Source: Chrysomallon squamiferum
Lineage: Eukaryota > Animalia > Mollusca
Reading direction: 5' to 3'
Length of the DNA stretch: 64,000 nucleotides
Assembly (NCBI GenBank): GCA_012295275.1
Contig: CM022669.1
Location: forward strand, 17,670,001 to 17,734,000
Under the pieces are notes generated by a model that saw only the letters and a list, made by a program, of their open reading frames with translations, ran no database searches and was not told the origin of the DNA. A program made the translations under genes and the position numbers. Positions 63,820 through 64,000 of the stretch are shown in pieces (position 1 is the first letter of the stretch; the number at the start of each line of letters is the position of its first letter).

Positions 63820-64000
63820 AATAACAGTAATATTTTTAATATCATTATCATTCTTATCGTCATCAACATCATCATGATCATTGTCATCATCAACATCATC
63901 ATCGATATTATTATTACAATAATCATTATTATTGCTGTTGTTGTAGTTGTTGCTGTTGTTACTGTTACTGCAACAGTAGTAACACTAGTAGCAGTCGTTT

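Overview
Very AT-rich, intron-containing animal genomic DNA. Gene structure, repeats and codon style suggest a lophotrochozoan, probably a gastropod mollusc (inference). Three protein-coding genes were reconstructed by hand from GT-AG boundaries and frame continuity. (1) A MAP1/Futsch microtubule-associated protein on + (exon 13364-13462 plus a 4.56-kb terminal coding exon 21554-26109; no first coding exon found, probably upstream of the window). (2) A 24-coding-exon UBAP2/UBAP2L/Lingerer stress-granule protein on - (49463->31888, ~1329 aa), tail-to-tail with MAP1. (3) A secretory-pathway cyclophilin on + (57459-60096, 234 aa, signal peptide, C-terminal NNEL, altered active site), head-to-head with UBAP2. 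Also present: a Sola2-like DNA transposon with long TIRs and a CATA TSD in a UBAP2 intron, a decayed Tc1/mariner (DD37D-like) fragment, SINE/LINE remnants, minisatellites and many microsatellites. Most short ORFs in the track are spurious. There is no rRNA, tRNA, CRISPR or prokaryotic system. The most intriguing signals are a candidate post-transcriptional control module in UBAP2 (AG|GT recursive-type 28-nt microexon, a 17-nt frame-shifting microexon, Pumilio sites and uORFs in the 5' UTR), the non-canonical cyclophilin, new repeat motifs in Futsch, and a 33-bp-period octamer array in a Futsch intron.
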